DNA of 64,000 nucleotides from Bispira polyomma (Eukaryota): NCBI GenBank assembly GCA_965649765.1, contig OZ287748.1, positions 27,466,001 to 27,530,000 of the forward strand, read 5' to 3'. Shown piece by piece: positions 1 to 13,195 of this stretch (position 1 is its first letter; each line of letters starts with the position of its first letter). The notes under the pieces were generated by a model. It saw only the letters and a program-made list of their open reading frames with translations, ran no database searches and was not told where the DNA came from. The position numbers and the translations under genes were made by a program.

Positions 1-681
1 TAAAAAATGTACAAAAATAGCCTCATATTTAATGGTATGCAACTAAAAGATTAAGATTACACAGTTTAAAATGTTTGGAAGCTATGGGTATACTCTATAT
101 GTTTTTGGGTGAAATACAGGTTCAGCATTTGTGGTATCTGGTACGGCTTTTACAACATTAATGTTAAATAGAGGCTCAGGTGTAAAACTCCAATACCATA
201 ATGAAAATAGCCTATCAATTTGTGTACAGATACATGTACATTGGGCAACGAGCACATTTCGTACAACAGACTTAGGGCTAGGTCCTGTATATCCACTGTC
301 ACAGCACTAAGGTTTAGCATTATCCATTAAGTTTACTGTTACATTAAGATTGTTTGTTTTTTTATTCTAGAGTGAGAGTGAGGAATTTACTACTGTATCT
401 GAAATTTGCTACCTAGAAAATGTTGTGTAAAGTAACAAACATTAACTGTCAGATCTTGTAAAATTTTACCTTAACAAATGAAAGCAAAAGTCTTTTCTAC
501 ACAAAATAATAACTTCATTTAAATTGAGCAATTTCTCTTATGCTGTTTTCAGAAATCTTAAAATATAGATTGTATTACTATGTTTTAATTAACAATAAGG
601 TTTTGGAAGTCCTGGCACTATTTGTCTTTTACAGGATAAATGTTATTTTAAAATTAAAAGTAAGTGACAAAAGCAACTTAC

Positions 682-3600
682 AATCCACCATACTTGTTGA
701 AATATAGTTTGACACCATCTAGTGTTGTAATTTCTTCATACAGTGGGTGTAGGTTTTCTATATAAATAGAATATTACAAAAATAATTCTTTATAAAAATA
801 AATTGTCATATACTGCATGAAGCATGGATAGATGGGCGACTTTCTTTGATATGGGAGGTCAGGGCCACAACTTCCCTCTTATCCAAATGAATGTTATTTT
901 TTCAGTCATATTGAAACAACCAGAATTTTCTTTTGCATATCTTGTACATAAAATAGGGGTGAGACGGTAGTCCCGGTAACTCTGTATCGGTAACATTTTG
1001 CAACAACGTGATTAAATAAAGATTCCAGAATTCTGAAAATGCAGACTTTTTACTACAAACGAATAATAAACTATATATATTCAATCATAAAAACAGCTTT
1101 TATGTTGGTGGACTATTGAAATGTGAGGTTTTTAAGTACTTTTAAAAAGTATTTACTCCTTTCAATAATTTCCTGTTCATGAGTGTGCATTTGATTTGCA
1201 GTTATTAGGCTTATTTGTTTTTGCAGTATCCCAGAATCGGAACGGTTTTTGACAAGCGATATACCGAACACAAATTTTCTGTACTGTCCCACCCCTATAC
1301 ATAATATCAACCATACAAACCTGTCCCCTGAGCATCCCTTATGACATCGTAGTTCTCTCTAATCAACATCCACAGTATGGCTCGCTTCTGATAACTACGC
1401 AGATACGGCCTCAGGTCGGGATGCTGGACATTTACATGTGGTTGGGGTGGATCGTTCAAGTGGTGATACTCTTTTACTGCACTAAATACTTCATCCATCT
1501 CAAGCTTCTTGTTCAGAGATCTATCATGACAGGCAGCTGTGTCAAAGAAATTACATTAAAGTTTCTGCAGAACACTATATTTTTTGGACATTTTATATGT
1601 AACAATGTATTGGCAATAGCATCTAAGATGGAATAACAATAATGGTACAGCTTAAAATAACGTCAACAAATTAAATCAAAACACCTCTGCATATTAATTG
1701 GCCTTACCCTTGTATTCTAATGTATAACAAACTCTATATATTACATTTATACATTGTGAACAACCTGTTTCATTAAATTGCCCAAATCTCAATCATACTT
1801 TCCAAATTATAAGTGATAATATTCTATTTTCAGAACTGCTCTTGGTTGAACCTAAAAATGACCTTCAAATAATAAATGATTGGTTAAGCTTCAAGATATA
1901 TGCCACTCCTTAGAGATAATTGTTTACATTAGAAAATAAACCCTAACATTTTTTAACACTTACTGTATGAAGGTAACCCGTAAAAGTGTGTCACTAGTGT
2001 TTGTATTGGCGTGTTTAACTTCTTCCTTTTTTTGCCTTCACTAGGAAATGCCAGTGTAGTTAAGCCAGCGTCTGTTATATACACCTTTATTGTCATCAGA
2101 CTTGTTCCTTCATCATACCCACCATACTGCAGCACAAAACACTTGGCCTAGTTGAAAGAGACACCAGAAACATACAATATCTTTTTATGGCATTTCTCTC
2201 TTTTGTACCGTTATTTTAGAAATATTTCTCAGACTCCTGAACAATACTGTTTGAGTTTACGGATGAGGGGGGTAGCCTTTATTTAGACAATAAGTTGGAA
2301 ACACAGGTCAATTTGAGGTAAAGCAATTTAGTGTGCGAAACTACAACAATTATTAATACCACATATATCTTGTTATCTTCCCTTTAATCATAAAATATAT
2401 TTTCAGCGTGACACTCTTATGAAGTTATGACAAGAGATTCCTTTGTTATAGAACAGCAAAGATCTTTCTGGTGAAGGTCATAAATTGAAAAAATTTTATT
2501 GTAATTTATCTTTTTGTAAGATAAATACTTACCTTATCCTCACTAAGTGCTTTTATTCATTTTGAATAATTGCTCAACCAAACAAGTCTTTTTTATAAAG
2601 ACTATTCTTGTTTCTTAATTTTTACTCTCAACCGACAAAGAGGTCTGCGCATGCGCAGGAAGTGTTCTCACTTCTGTTGGTGCTTGCACGCCTCAGATTC
2701 AATTTTGGAAAGCCTGTCACACAAATCAGTGAGGTTTGGTGGGTGGGCATCTGACTTGTGAGGATAAGGTAAGTATTTATCTTACAAAAAGATAAATTAC
2801 AATAAAAAAATTTCATTTTATTGCGATAAATATCCTTACCTTATCCTCACTAAGTGCTTGATTACAACCTTTATGGTGGAGGGTATTTGTGTGACAGAGC
2901 CTCACTTAAAGGATTTAGTGTAATGCACTTTGTCGAGAGTAATTAAGAAACTTGAGTTATGGAAGGAACTGAGAGATAGTTAAGTCAGCTATTATATAGG
3001 CCTACTTTAACTCCCTAGTCTAACTCCCTGTAACTCTTAAGAGCAGATATCAGAAATGATTAGGTAAACGTTTCATAGGCATACCTTAAACATAACTATT
3101 CTTACTCATTGTACTATACTGTACTTGTACTATTGTGTATTACACTGTACTTGACAGATTAAACATTTGAATAGCAAATGAAAAAGATGAAGCTATGGCT
3201 TACCTAATTCATCTATTGCTGTGCTGATCCTCCTCCTGGGAAGATCCTTAGGTATTCTTATGATGATACCCATCTTGTGAAGATCCTAACATTGGTGCAT
3301 CTGTACATGTGGTGTCTTACACTATTAGATCGGGCAGTTGCTGTCATCTGTTGTCAGGTAAAACGTCATGATGATGGCAGCAATTCCCCAAACCGACGCT
3401 AGTCTTCTTAAGTAGAAACTAGGAGGCCTGAAAATAGAAGATAAACATATATCATCAGCATATAGTGTTTACATCTTGTAGTTAGGTACATTTCATGAGC
3501 AACATAAACTACAAAGGACAATCAATGCAAGAGTTTGTAATTCCTAGAACACCACTAAGCAGGGATGAAAACTCCAGGTTACATGTAGAATCAATCTGTG

Positions 3601-6600
3601 AAGGAAAATACATAATGTAACAGGAAATATGTGATATAACATAACAATCATTTTGAAACAATAATGTAGCATAAAGAAGGCTAGACTGCACTCACTTAAG
3701 TCAGGTGGACAATATGTTGTGCAGAGACTACAGGGCCTAAGGAAAAATCTGCATCATCCCTAGATTGCCAAGCTACATCTTCCAAGTAGAAGTTAGTAAA
3801 GTTGTTATGTGACTTCCAGAAGCAAGTTCCCAGTATCTGGTCTAAAGAGACCCCCCCCCCCCCCCTTTAAAGGCCAATGAGGCCGCCATGGATCTCAAGT
3901 CGTGGCCTTAACTTTACACAGATTTTCAATTTCAGTGTCAGTATGCTGGTAGGCCAAGATGATGATCTGCTTGAGCCAGGATGAAATAGTAGACCTCTGT
4001 ATATCTTTACTAAAGCCCTCCCGGAAAGATATGAATAGTAAATGTTTTCCTTTCCTGAGATCCTGGGTACGTTTGAGGTAATGTTTCAGAGATCTCACAG
4101 GGCACAATGTGATGTCCTCAACTAAGGTGTCATCCAAAAATGGACTCAAAGCTGGGATGACCACAGGCTTAATGGTATCAGGACCCTGGGAAGCCAATTG
4201 GTTTTTAGCTAAAAACACTGGTGAGGGAGCTACTGTGACCTCTTTCCAGTGTGGTTTATGTTTGAGTGAGTTAAAGGTCCAGGCATGAATTTCACCTCTT
4301 CTTTTGCCAGAGGCTAAGGCCATCAAAAATACCGTTTTGAAGGTAACAAGTTTCAGGGAAGCCTCTTTAATTGGTTCAAAAGAAGGGTTAGTTAAAGCCA
4401 ATAGTACCAATGATAGATCCCAACTAGGTATACCTCTGTCTTTGGTAGGTTTGTTCCTGTAGAAGCTAGCTAGAAGTCTGTTCAGATCAAGACTTTTTGA
4501 GACTTCTAGTCCTGGGGTGTCCAAATGGTCTGCAATAGCAGTTCGGTATCTGGCTATTGTAGCAGGTTTGAGATTCCGTTTCTGATACAGGAATAGTAGG
4601 AAATCTGCTATTTGAGCTATATTAGCTGAGGAGCTGACCACCTTATTCTCTGAGGCCCATTGTTCAAATAAGGCCCACCTTGATTCATACACTCGTCTAG
4701 AGGATGGTCTCTGAGGTGCCTTAATTCGTTCTTCCACTGATCTGGAATACTGGGATTCTGTTGGCATGGAGATTCCAGTATCCAGACATGGAGATTTAGA
4801 TATGGCAGGTTTTGGTGATATTGGAGGCCGAATGGTTGCTTTAGAAGATGAGGCCACTGAGGTATTAGGAGTGGTGGTCTTATCGATAGGTCAACTAGAT
4901 CCCAAAACCATGTCATGCCCGGCCATCCCGGAGCTAGAACCAATATCCGACACTGGTAAGTCAGAACTTTCTGAACCAGCTTGGGCAAAAGAGGTACTGG
5001 ACAAAAGGCATAGCCGTCCAGACCCTCCCAGGAGATATTCAATGCATCTACCTCCAGGGCATGGGCATCTGGTATTGGGGATACATACAGAGGTGATTTT
5101 TGGATGTGGCAAACAGGTCTACTTGTGGTGTGTCTAAGCTTTGGCATAGGAGCTTGAACATTTTTGGGTGTAAAGACCACTCGGTTTGAATTATTTTGTC
5201 TTTCCGAGATAGGCTGTCTGCTATCACATTCAGTGACCCCTGAATATGACAGGCTCGAACCCTGATCTTTCTGGGGTTGCACAAGGCAAGTATCCGCCAA
5301 ACCATGAGACACATTTCTAGTGATCGAGTGCCGCCTTGTTTGTTCAGATATGAAACGACGGATGAGTTGTCTGAGGCTATTAGAACTCTTTGTTGCCAAA
5401 CTTGGTTTTGGAAAGTTTTTAGAGCAAGATATACTGCCTTTAGTTCTAGCAGGTTTATATGTAAGCCTCTTTCTAGACTTGACCAGTGACCACTGGCGGT
5501 CAAATCGCCTAGATGTGCCCCCCAACCTATGTTGGATGCGTCTGTGAATAGAAGAAGATTGTGTTCTCTTGGATGCAAATCTTCTCCTACCATGACATTC
5601 AAGGGGTCTTCCCACCATTGAAGATGGTTTCTTAACTGGACTGAAACCGGGATCTGAATGTCCAAAGACTGGGGGTGTTTCCAATGGGATTTCAGGTACC
5701 ACTGGCAAGGTCTCATATGTAGCCTGCCAAAGGGTACTGTTTTTTTCATGCTGGCCATCATGCCTATCAAGGACATTAATATTCTGGGAGTAATGACCTT
5801 GGAGTTTTTGACCTTATGAACTAGTAGCAAGAGTTTCAACCATTTCTTTTCGGTTGGTGCACCTAGGCCCGCCTTTGAATCGAAATGGTACCCCAGGAAA
5901 TCGATCACTTGAGTGGGCTGGAGTTCTGACTTTTTGAAATTGATTAGCCAGCCCATCTGTTGTACTACTGAAACCATCTTCGGTATCTGGATTCGGCTTT
6001 TCTCGAGAGATGGGAACCAAATTAACCAGTCGTCTGTGTACTGATGAATTCTGATTCCTTGTGCTTGGAGTACTAAGTTTGTCTCTTTTACGACACGTGT
6101 AAACTCTAGTGGGGCTGTTTTTTGAGAATTTGGATGAATCGGTATATGGAAGTAGGTGTCTGTTAAATCTATGGACGCTACCCACTCCCCTTTCCTCAAC
6201 AAACTTCGAATGATCTCTGCTGTCTCCATCTTGAATATTGGGACATGGAGATTTCGGTTTAAAACACTCAAATCGATCACTGGCTGGTATTTTTTCAAAG
6301 GTTTGGGTACTAGAAATAGTCGGCTGTAAAACCCCAGAGTTGTTGAATGTTTTACCTTGCAAATCGCTTGTTTTTCTAGCATTTGGGCTACACATTCTTT
6401 GAGAAATGCCTGCTTTTCTTTGTCTTTGTATCCGCTCAAAATACCCGGATGTCTGGTTAACGACACTCTGATTTTCGGCAATATTTGGTAACCGTATCTC
6501 AGAATTTGCACAACTCGAGGACGGCACTTTAATTTTTCCCATACCTGCCAGTAGTCTGCTAAGCGGCCCCCACCAGATCTTTGACTGTCACGTTCGCCGC

Positions 6601-9600
6601 CCACTGCCTCTCCCACCACGTGTGCTGTTGGTCTGGCCCTGGTAACTGGAGGACTTCTTGAAGTCGATACCACGCCCCTTCGACCAATTCTGGTTGGACT
6701 TGAAGGTAGTATTCTTACTGTGAAAAGTGGCCTGGTAAGTCTGCTTGTTGTGTGCTGACTTAGAATCAGAATACCTGGGTCTTTTTGGAGAAGGTTGTTT
6801 ATATCTGGCTTTAGCCTGTTTCTTCTCAATTTCGTTTAACATGGTAGGGTTAAAGAGATCAGATGTTAGGAAACCTTTCCTCCTGAGTCTATTGGTATCA
6901 TGTTCGTCAAGGGGCGAACAGCAAGTCTTTAATATTGAGTCCCTACGAGCTAGTTGAAGGTTGCAGGCTAAGGCGATGGATGTATCCACTGTTATCTCCA
7001 GTGCTTTGTCTACCGACCCAAGGATAGCTCCAGCGATTTGAACACTATCGCTCACTTTAATAGTAAGTCTGGTGGCCTCATCTTCCTTCACTAGATCAGC
7101 CAAAGCTAGTAAGTTAGCGTCAGAGTCTAAGAGAGTCTTGTCTAAAGCCCTTATAAAATGGGAAACGTAACTCAGTACCTGAACATTTTCCGTCAACACA
7201 GTTTCCATCAGGGCGACCTGCTTCATTGGAATTTGCACGTTGTAAGGCTGTATGGTGTTTTTCGCCATGATGCATTTAAAGGCGTCCTGGCACTTCGGCG
7301 CTGTGAGCGAAAATGCATTAGAGGTCGATCGGTAGAACCTCATGGCTGGTCTTGAGTAGTTAATAAAACTGCCTTTGTTGATGGGCGTTGAATCGAGAAC
7401 TTCAGTGTTTTTTGGATCGGGACACAACTTCGTCAACTGGAGGCAGAGTGAGGGGAAGTACTGGAGATTTTTTACTTCTATCTCTGTTCCCAAAGATTTT
7501 GGCAGGTTTGGTGCTGGGTTCTGTTGGTGTTTCTAAATCCAGCAAAGATCTCACTGTCCCTCTTTCTCTGCCACGTGGTCAGCCTGGTCAGTTGTCTGGT
7601 CATCATCCATGGGTGACTCAGATCTCTTCTGTCTACGCCTAGAAGAATGAGATTCTTCCTCAGAATCATAACTTCTCCCAAAAGTACTGGTTTTTGAGGC
7701 TCTGCCTCTACCTTCTACTTTCTACAATCTACCTAGCTCAGCTAGTATTTGCTGGAAAGGGTCATCTTTCTTGGCTGAAGGTAGAGATTCCTCATCCAAA
7801 AGGCTGTCATCTGTGGTGTGAGAAGCAGGAAGCTTGTGAAACTTAAGTTTCCAAGCCTGTAGACGTCTGGTCTGGTCAGAAGTCGTCTGCATACAAATGA
7901 AGCAGTCCCCAGGACTGGAAGTTACACAGACATCAGCCCCAAGCCCCTTGTCTCTGCATGTCAGGCAATGACCATGATGGTCAAAATCGTAGACCTCATG
8001 TCCACACTTCGGGGCAATTCTCTGGGTGGAAACGGAAGAATTTGATTCGTTTTCCGCCATGCCTCAGTAAAATACTCATAAAAAAAGAGAAACCCTATCT
8101 TGAAAACGGTCAATATGGTAAATTGGCCGAGCAAAATGGAGGTCTGATCTGTCGGATGACCAAAATGAATCTGAGGCGTACAAGCACCAACAGAAGTGAG
8201 AACACTTCCTGCGCATGCGCAGACCTCTTTGTCGGTTGAGAGTAAAAATTAAGAAACAAGAATAGTCTTTATAAAAAAGACTTGTTTGGTCGAGCAATTA
8301 TTCAAAATGAATAAAAGCACTTAGTGAGGATAAGGTAAGGATATTTATCGCAATAAAAACAAGGCCAAAGTGAGGTCAGACAATAACTTTGAATATCTAC
8401 ACTACTTAGGAGCATCCTTTGTCAAACGGTTTATCTCCATGATGTTCAAACCAAATCGAATACAATGGGACTGAGAAAGTTGCTCACTTTGTGCCGTTTG
8501 TGGTACAATCACAAACTATTCAGGCTCTTACTAAGTTCAAGGTACTGGTTCTTTCACTTGTCAACCAATTGTTCAGTCTCAGCTCCCTCAGGAAGCATAC
8601 TAGCCATGCTACTACATATGGTGCAAAGACTAACTCCCATTATGGGCCAGGTACGCATTGATACACATGGGTAAAGAGGAACAACTTTGTGTGAAGTACC
8701 TTGTCCAAGGGTACAATCTCCAGGCCAGCAGCAAAGAAAGAACCTGGACCACACTCAGATTCAAAGTCAGACACTCTAACCATTAGGCCACCGAGACACG
8801 AAATTATTAAGATGGATAGAAGAAAGTAGCCCATATTTAAGTGTCAGCAATGCAAGACAGATACCGACCTGAAGACTGTCCAAACAGCTGGTTGGGAAGT
8901 CGGACTGTGCCATATAATAGAGGAGAGTCTTCTTTGTGGGTGATGTTGTGTTCTGGGAAGAACTAGCTTGGTTCTCATCATTTTCAATAAATTCATAGTA
9001 CAACAGGTGTCTTCTAACTTCTGGGTTTATATAGAGATAAAACTCGTCACAAAGTGGTGGACTGTCAGAGAGTCTGACACCGTGAGAAGTAGACAACTCC
9101 AAACACAAATTTCCAAGGTGAAAGTGGAGTTGTCTTCCTTTTACCTTAAACTCTCTTGTAACGGTTAAGTAGAACTGACTATTTTCAATCAAGTTACTCA
9201 GGACTTCACCAGTTCCCATATGTGTCAAATGATCAACTACTTCTGCATCACAGCACAATCCTTCAGTAGAATTTTGTGCAGCATTCTAAAACATAACATT
9301 ATCTTTAGGTATGGAAAGAGTATTCGGGTAATAGTAGTGGTTGCTTGTAACTTGAGTCAGAGACGGAAAGCCGATTACTCGCTAAGTTTGGATTTAAATT
9401 GGAATTATGATTCTGCTGTTGCGCTTTAGAAGATGCCTAGCATCAATAAAGCATGTTAAAAATTCATAATAATAATAATAAAAGTTTACTTCTGATACAC
9501 ATATATTAAACCTCAAAACTTAATATTTTCCCCAATAACTACCCATTTCTTTAGTATTTACTATTTATATTTCTTACGTTGGCAGTAAAAACAGCCTCGT

Positions 9601-11183
9601 TTAGTTATTGTTAAATATTTAATTTTTGCTTTGATTTACTGACGTAAGCATAGCGAGTAATAGAGTCATTCACTATAACAAATTATTGTAAATGTGTCAC
9701 AGCACCTATAACAGGCAAACTATCATCTTTCTATTTAGTCTGTGGTTATATATTGATTAATACAATAGGCGTACACAATAGTATAACTTTATGGGCAAAC
9801 TAAAAGTACTTGATTAATTAAATATAATTGTTTAAAAATATTGACGTATATTTCCCATTGTATAGTACATAGTAAACTGCTGTGTCAGATTTACAACGAT
9901 TTGGTATCGTAAACGACTCTGTCCCTCACTATGCGTACGTTAGTAAAAAAAAGCATTGTCAAGGATAGAAAACTTGGTTTAGACTCAGCATAGCATTGAT
10001 TAATATTTTAAATATACTGATTTATACAATATTTATTAGCAAAACGATAACTTGGCACAAAATTGAATATTTCTATTAACATACTAAGGTAAATAATAAA
10101 CATTGTCTGCAAATTGTATGGCTGAAACCGAATAGTAGTTTTACTGTCAAATATTTGTTTTAGCACAATTAAAACGAATTTCTACACTAGTTGTAATTAT
10201 GTTGACTAAATTTTGAAGATATTTTCAATTCCCTGTGGTAAAGTACAATACAATTGTTAAAACAAAAAGGTCAATATTTATATCACTATTTTTATTGCAA
10301 GGGAATACGCATCAGGTCACAGATAAGCAAGTTTATACTTAATTAGGCATGGGGTCCCAGATGTCCATGTTAAAACTTGCACATCGGGTCACGATTTATT
10401 AAGCAAATGTGTGTACATAAAAGATAATATTTGCTTTAATAATTGCTATTTTCGGGGAGTTCCGTTAATTACTTCCTTCCAATAGTTTTCATTAAGTTTC
10501 TTATATTTTAAGAAAAGAAATAGATGTTGGGTCCTTCCTTCCAAGGTATATGTAAGGTAACATATGTTGGTGTTTTTTGCCGAGTCAAGACTCAAAAGGT
10601 CAGATTGCCCAATTTGCATAAAATTCTTCCATTGTCACTCATATACACATGCTTCACTTCCGAGGTATACATCACCACAGCCTTAATAAAAAACAAGGTC
10701 TGCAGATTTAACAGTTAAGTTATCTATTAATTGATGGAACGTCATTAAGTAGTGAAATTTATTAAAATATGAACTTATAATATTGTGGCTTAAATCTCTT
10801 CATAGAAAATACGAACAAATATGAGACCCAACGCATAATTAATTGCTTGTACATCGGGGACCCAACGTCTATTTATTTTCTAAGCAGTTTGTCACACAAG
10901 CATAATCACTTTGATTCTTATTTGCTTTAGTTCAGGTGAATATCAAATATTCTGTTTCAGCATTAGCAAATTGATGACTTAGCACAATATTGAATATTCT
11001 GACCTGCTCTTCCACCAATGCTGGATCATTGTCTGGTATTATCTGTAAATCACTCGGTGTCAGGTCTAACATATTCCATGTCATCAACTGTCGCTTACTT
11101 TCGTCAGCTCTCTTAGGCAAACCTTTCTTGCGTTTTCCACCCATTGTCTCCTTCAATGACTTTTTCACACCTATTTGAGCCAT
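682..11183 (-). CDS. SHPRH: E3 ubiquitin ligase/SNF2 helicase SHPRH, 5' part (coding exons 11183 or 11144-11004, 9285-8869, 2147-1964, 1536-1321, 757-682; continues beyond the left end)
   Basis: GT-AG exons join in consistent phase. The N-terminus MGGKRKKGLPKRADESKRQLMTWNML resembles SHPRH (RKRAPP.R.DEEKRQQL.WNM). QHPDLRPYLRSYQKRAILWML and LHPLYEEITTLDGVKLYFNKYGG match the region just before the SNF2 Walker A motif of SHPRH. Confidence 0.85.
2530..2708. repeat. DIRS inverted terminal repeat (left copy; the element's 3' ITR)
   Basis: Reverse complement of 8161-8339 with about 3 differences. Confidence 0.95.
2758..2858. repeat. DIRS internal complementary region (ICR)
   Basis: 2758-2816 is complementary to the left terminus (2486-2543). 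2817-2858 is complementary to the right terminus (~8317-8358). Together they reproduce the end-to-end circle junction. Confidence 0.92.
3696..4857 (-). pseudogene. DIRS tyrosine recombinase, frameshifted near the C-terminus
   Basis: Motifs LMALASGKRRGEIHA and LCPVRSLKHYL are present. After a 1-nt shift at ~3903 the frame reads HDLRSMAAS...FWKSHNNFTNFYLED, completing the R-HxxR-Y catalytic set. There is a poly-G expansion at 3851-3865. Confidence 0.9.
4617..6829 (-). pseudogene. DIRS reverse transcriptase-RNase H-DNA N6-adenine methyltransferase ORF (disrupted)
   Basis: RT motifs FYSRLFLVPK, SIDLTDTYFHIPI and QYTDDWLI. RNase H motifs FTDASNIGWG, HINLLELKAV, SDNSSVV and NVIADSLSR. Methyltransferase motifs VDLFA and YAFCP..LLPKLV. 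The LPFG segment is deleted, and there is a frameshift at ~5095. Confidence 0.92.
6588..8060 (-). pseudogene. DIRS gag-like ORF1 (fragmented)
   Basis: N-terminal Cys/His finger (KCGH...DHHGHCLTC...CVT...DCFIC) and helical region with LARRDSIL. It lies upstream of, and overlaps, the RT ORF, and is split into 8060-7722, 7681-7478 and 7493-6588. Confidence 0.75.
8161..8358. repeat. DIRS inverted terminal repeat (right copy; the element's 5' ITR)
   Basis: Inverted match to 2530-2708. On the minus strand the element starts with TTTTATTGCG. Confidence 0.95.
8490..8797 (-). mobile_element. tRNA-derived SINE, degenerate, with a CORE-like central segment
   Basis: A-box-like head GGTGGCCTAATGGTTAG, followed by GTACCCTTGGACAAGGTACTT...ACCCATGTGTATCAATGCGTACC, which resembles the CORE-SINE domain. 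Confidence 0.55.
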
Positions 11184-12944
11184 AACTTTACAATTTTAGA
11201 CACTGATACATATTAGAAAATTTACACACTGATACATGCTATTAGAGCGCTTTACCTGCAATTCATTACCTATCATGCAAGGAATGTTTTAACTTATTTT
11301 TACCTTTAGGTATAGTTTTATGACATTTATTATTTTTTGCCAAATTCCCTGCTATTGTATGTACATAGTTATTTGTAGTACAGCAACATTTTCACGTCAG
11401 ACAGAATGAGGGCGATAATACAATACTAAACCAATATTTTATAACAATGCCACGATTTCTTTTGCTAAATACATTAACGTACACTATAATATAACTTAAT
11501 ACATCTATCAATAAATCTTTGATTGAGCTTTTGTAAGAATAATTATTTTTCTTTATAAACAACAGCGCTTTTCTCAATCTCGCTTTTCTGAGTTGACTTC
11601 TGTGTTTAGCTGACTCTTCAAGTTTACCCAGTTGTTTACAAAAGCTAATATATAATATCCGCCAATATTGTTAACCTGTAAATCCGAATGTTTGACAACC
11701 GATTTATCTTTCTGGGTTTGTGAGTTTTTCTCAATTTCTTAATATCAAGACATCATCTACAAGACATAGATACAGTCAATTTATCAAATACACAGTGTGA
11801 AGCAATAATGTTCACTATGTAATATGGGTCGATTTCATATAAAATGGCTGTTACATCAAGGCAATTAAAGAATATAGCCAAAGTATGCACCAAACTATGA
11901 AAAGAAAAAATGTCTAACTACTAGGTATATTGAATTTATATTGAGTTTAAGTAGTGGTTCCACATTCAAGTTTGATCAGCAAAATGGGCCCGATTTTGAA
12001 ATCAGGGCGGTCGGGCGAAAAAGACAGGAAAATGAAAGTGTAGGGCAACCTTGCAGATTGAACTGATTGCATCCAGTTTTGACGAGACACTGTCCACGAT
12101 CAAACTTGAGGTCCGTAAAACTTTCCCGGTCTCCCTGACCCAGGTTAGGATAAAAAAAAGTGGAGATAGGATCTGACGTATCACCCTAGGATTGAATGTA
12201 TCAGCAATACAATCTGATGGATTCATAACCCGGACCATCCAGATTGACCATTTAAAAATCAAAGTCGGGACTGTAAAACTGACACAATGGGCTTAAATTC
12301 TTCCCAACTGCCTCGTTTTTGCCCCAGACCTATACGTTATAACGGGCCAGTGTTAGGACAGGCCTGGAGTGAGATAGAACCTATTAGACCGAATGTAATG
12401 CATGACAATCTGAATGAACTTATTCAGTGAAGCCGACCTTCCCATTTTTAGAGGTAGGGGAGGTAACGCGGGGTACTTATAGAAAATATTCAACATGTTG
12501 AATATCCTTGCCGACCTTTCCGACAACCCAGTTTTTGCCCCTGGACCTATATGGACTCACCCGGACCTTAAAATTGAGAAGGTTGGGGACCAAATCGGCA
12601 TAGTGGAACCACCATTTTAACACAAAACTGGACAAATAAACCATTTTCATCAAGATATTTTTCCATAAAGCACATATGTTGACTGCATGCTTGGGGAATA
12701 CCACTACAAGATGTAATTTACTATTGCATTAAAACTTGTAGTTATTTCTGTTTAACATTTAATATCTTCAATGTTCTCTTTTTATCTTATTTACATTTAT
12801 CTATGTGGCTATTTGTGTCGTTGGACGAATTAAAATGAATGTGACCAATCTGTCTGTAGATTTTCCTCTGACTTTGTATTTTGATATCATATTTGTGTTA
12901 GCTTCTGACACTAACACGTTACGGAGACATCACTAACATGGAAT

Positions 12945-13195
12945 TTGAATTTGGATATTTTAACGTCCACTCTAGTATCTTTTAGTAGGTTATATTGGGA
13001 CGGGTAGTTGGAAACGCTGGAGGAAACACTGCATACAGTCAGTCAAGGTTCTACACTGAAACCAGCGGCCCACAGTAAGGAACTACCATCTTTCCCACAA
13101 AGGCATCGACAGGATTCAAACTCACGCCGCCCAGAGGTGGGAGACCAGTGATTGTGAAGTGCAATGCTTGCTAACCACTAGGATACCACGGCCCC
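12945..13195 (-). mobile_element. tRNA-derived SINE (family A) with 16-bp target-site duplication ATCACTAACATGGAAT
   Basis: Reverse-complement match to the copies at 13953 and 59639. It has A/B-box-like motifs and an ATTCAA tail. The TSD is at 12929-12944 and 13196-13211. Confidence 0.9.

Larger units (their letters stand above)
2486..8358 (-). mobile_element. DIRS1-type tyrosine-recombinase retrotransposon, full length but decayed, in SHPRH intron 2
   Basis: Inverted terminal repeats (~2530-2708 vs ~8161-8339) and an internal complementary region (2758-2858). The gag-like, RT-RNaseH-methyltransferase and YR ORFs are in DIRS order. No target-site duplication is seen. Confidence 0.95.

Noticed and set aside
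9300-9436. Extra SHPRH exon upstream of exon 2
   Set aside because: The candidate frame hits a stop, and the acceptor at 9286 already joins exon 1 in phase.
10340-10875. Short inverted motifs (GGGTCCCAGATGT / ACATCGGGGACCC) in SHPRH intron 1
   Set aside because: They are too short and degenerate to define element ends or a TSD.
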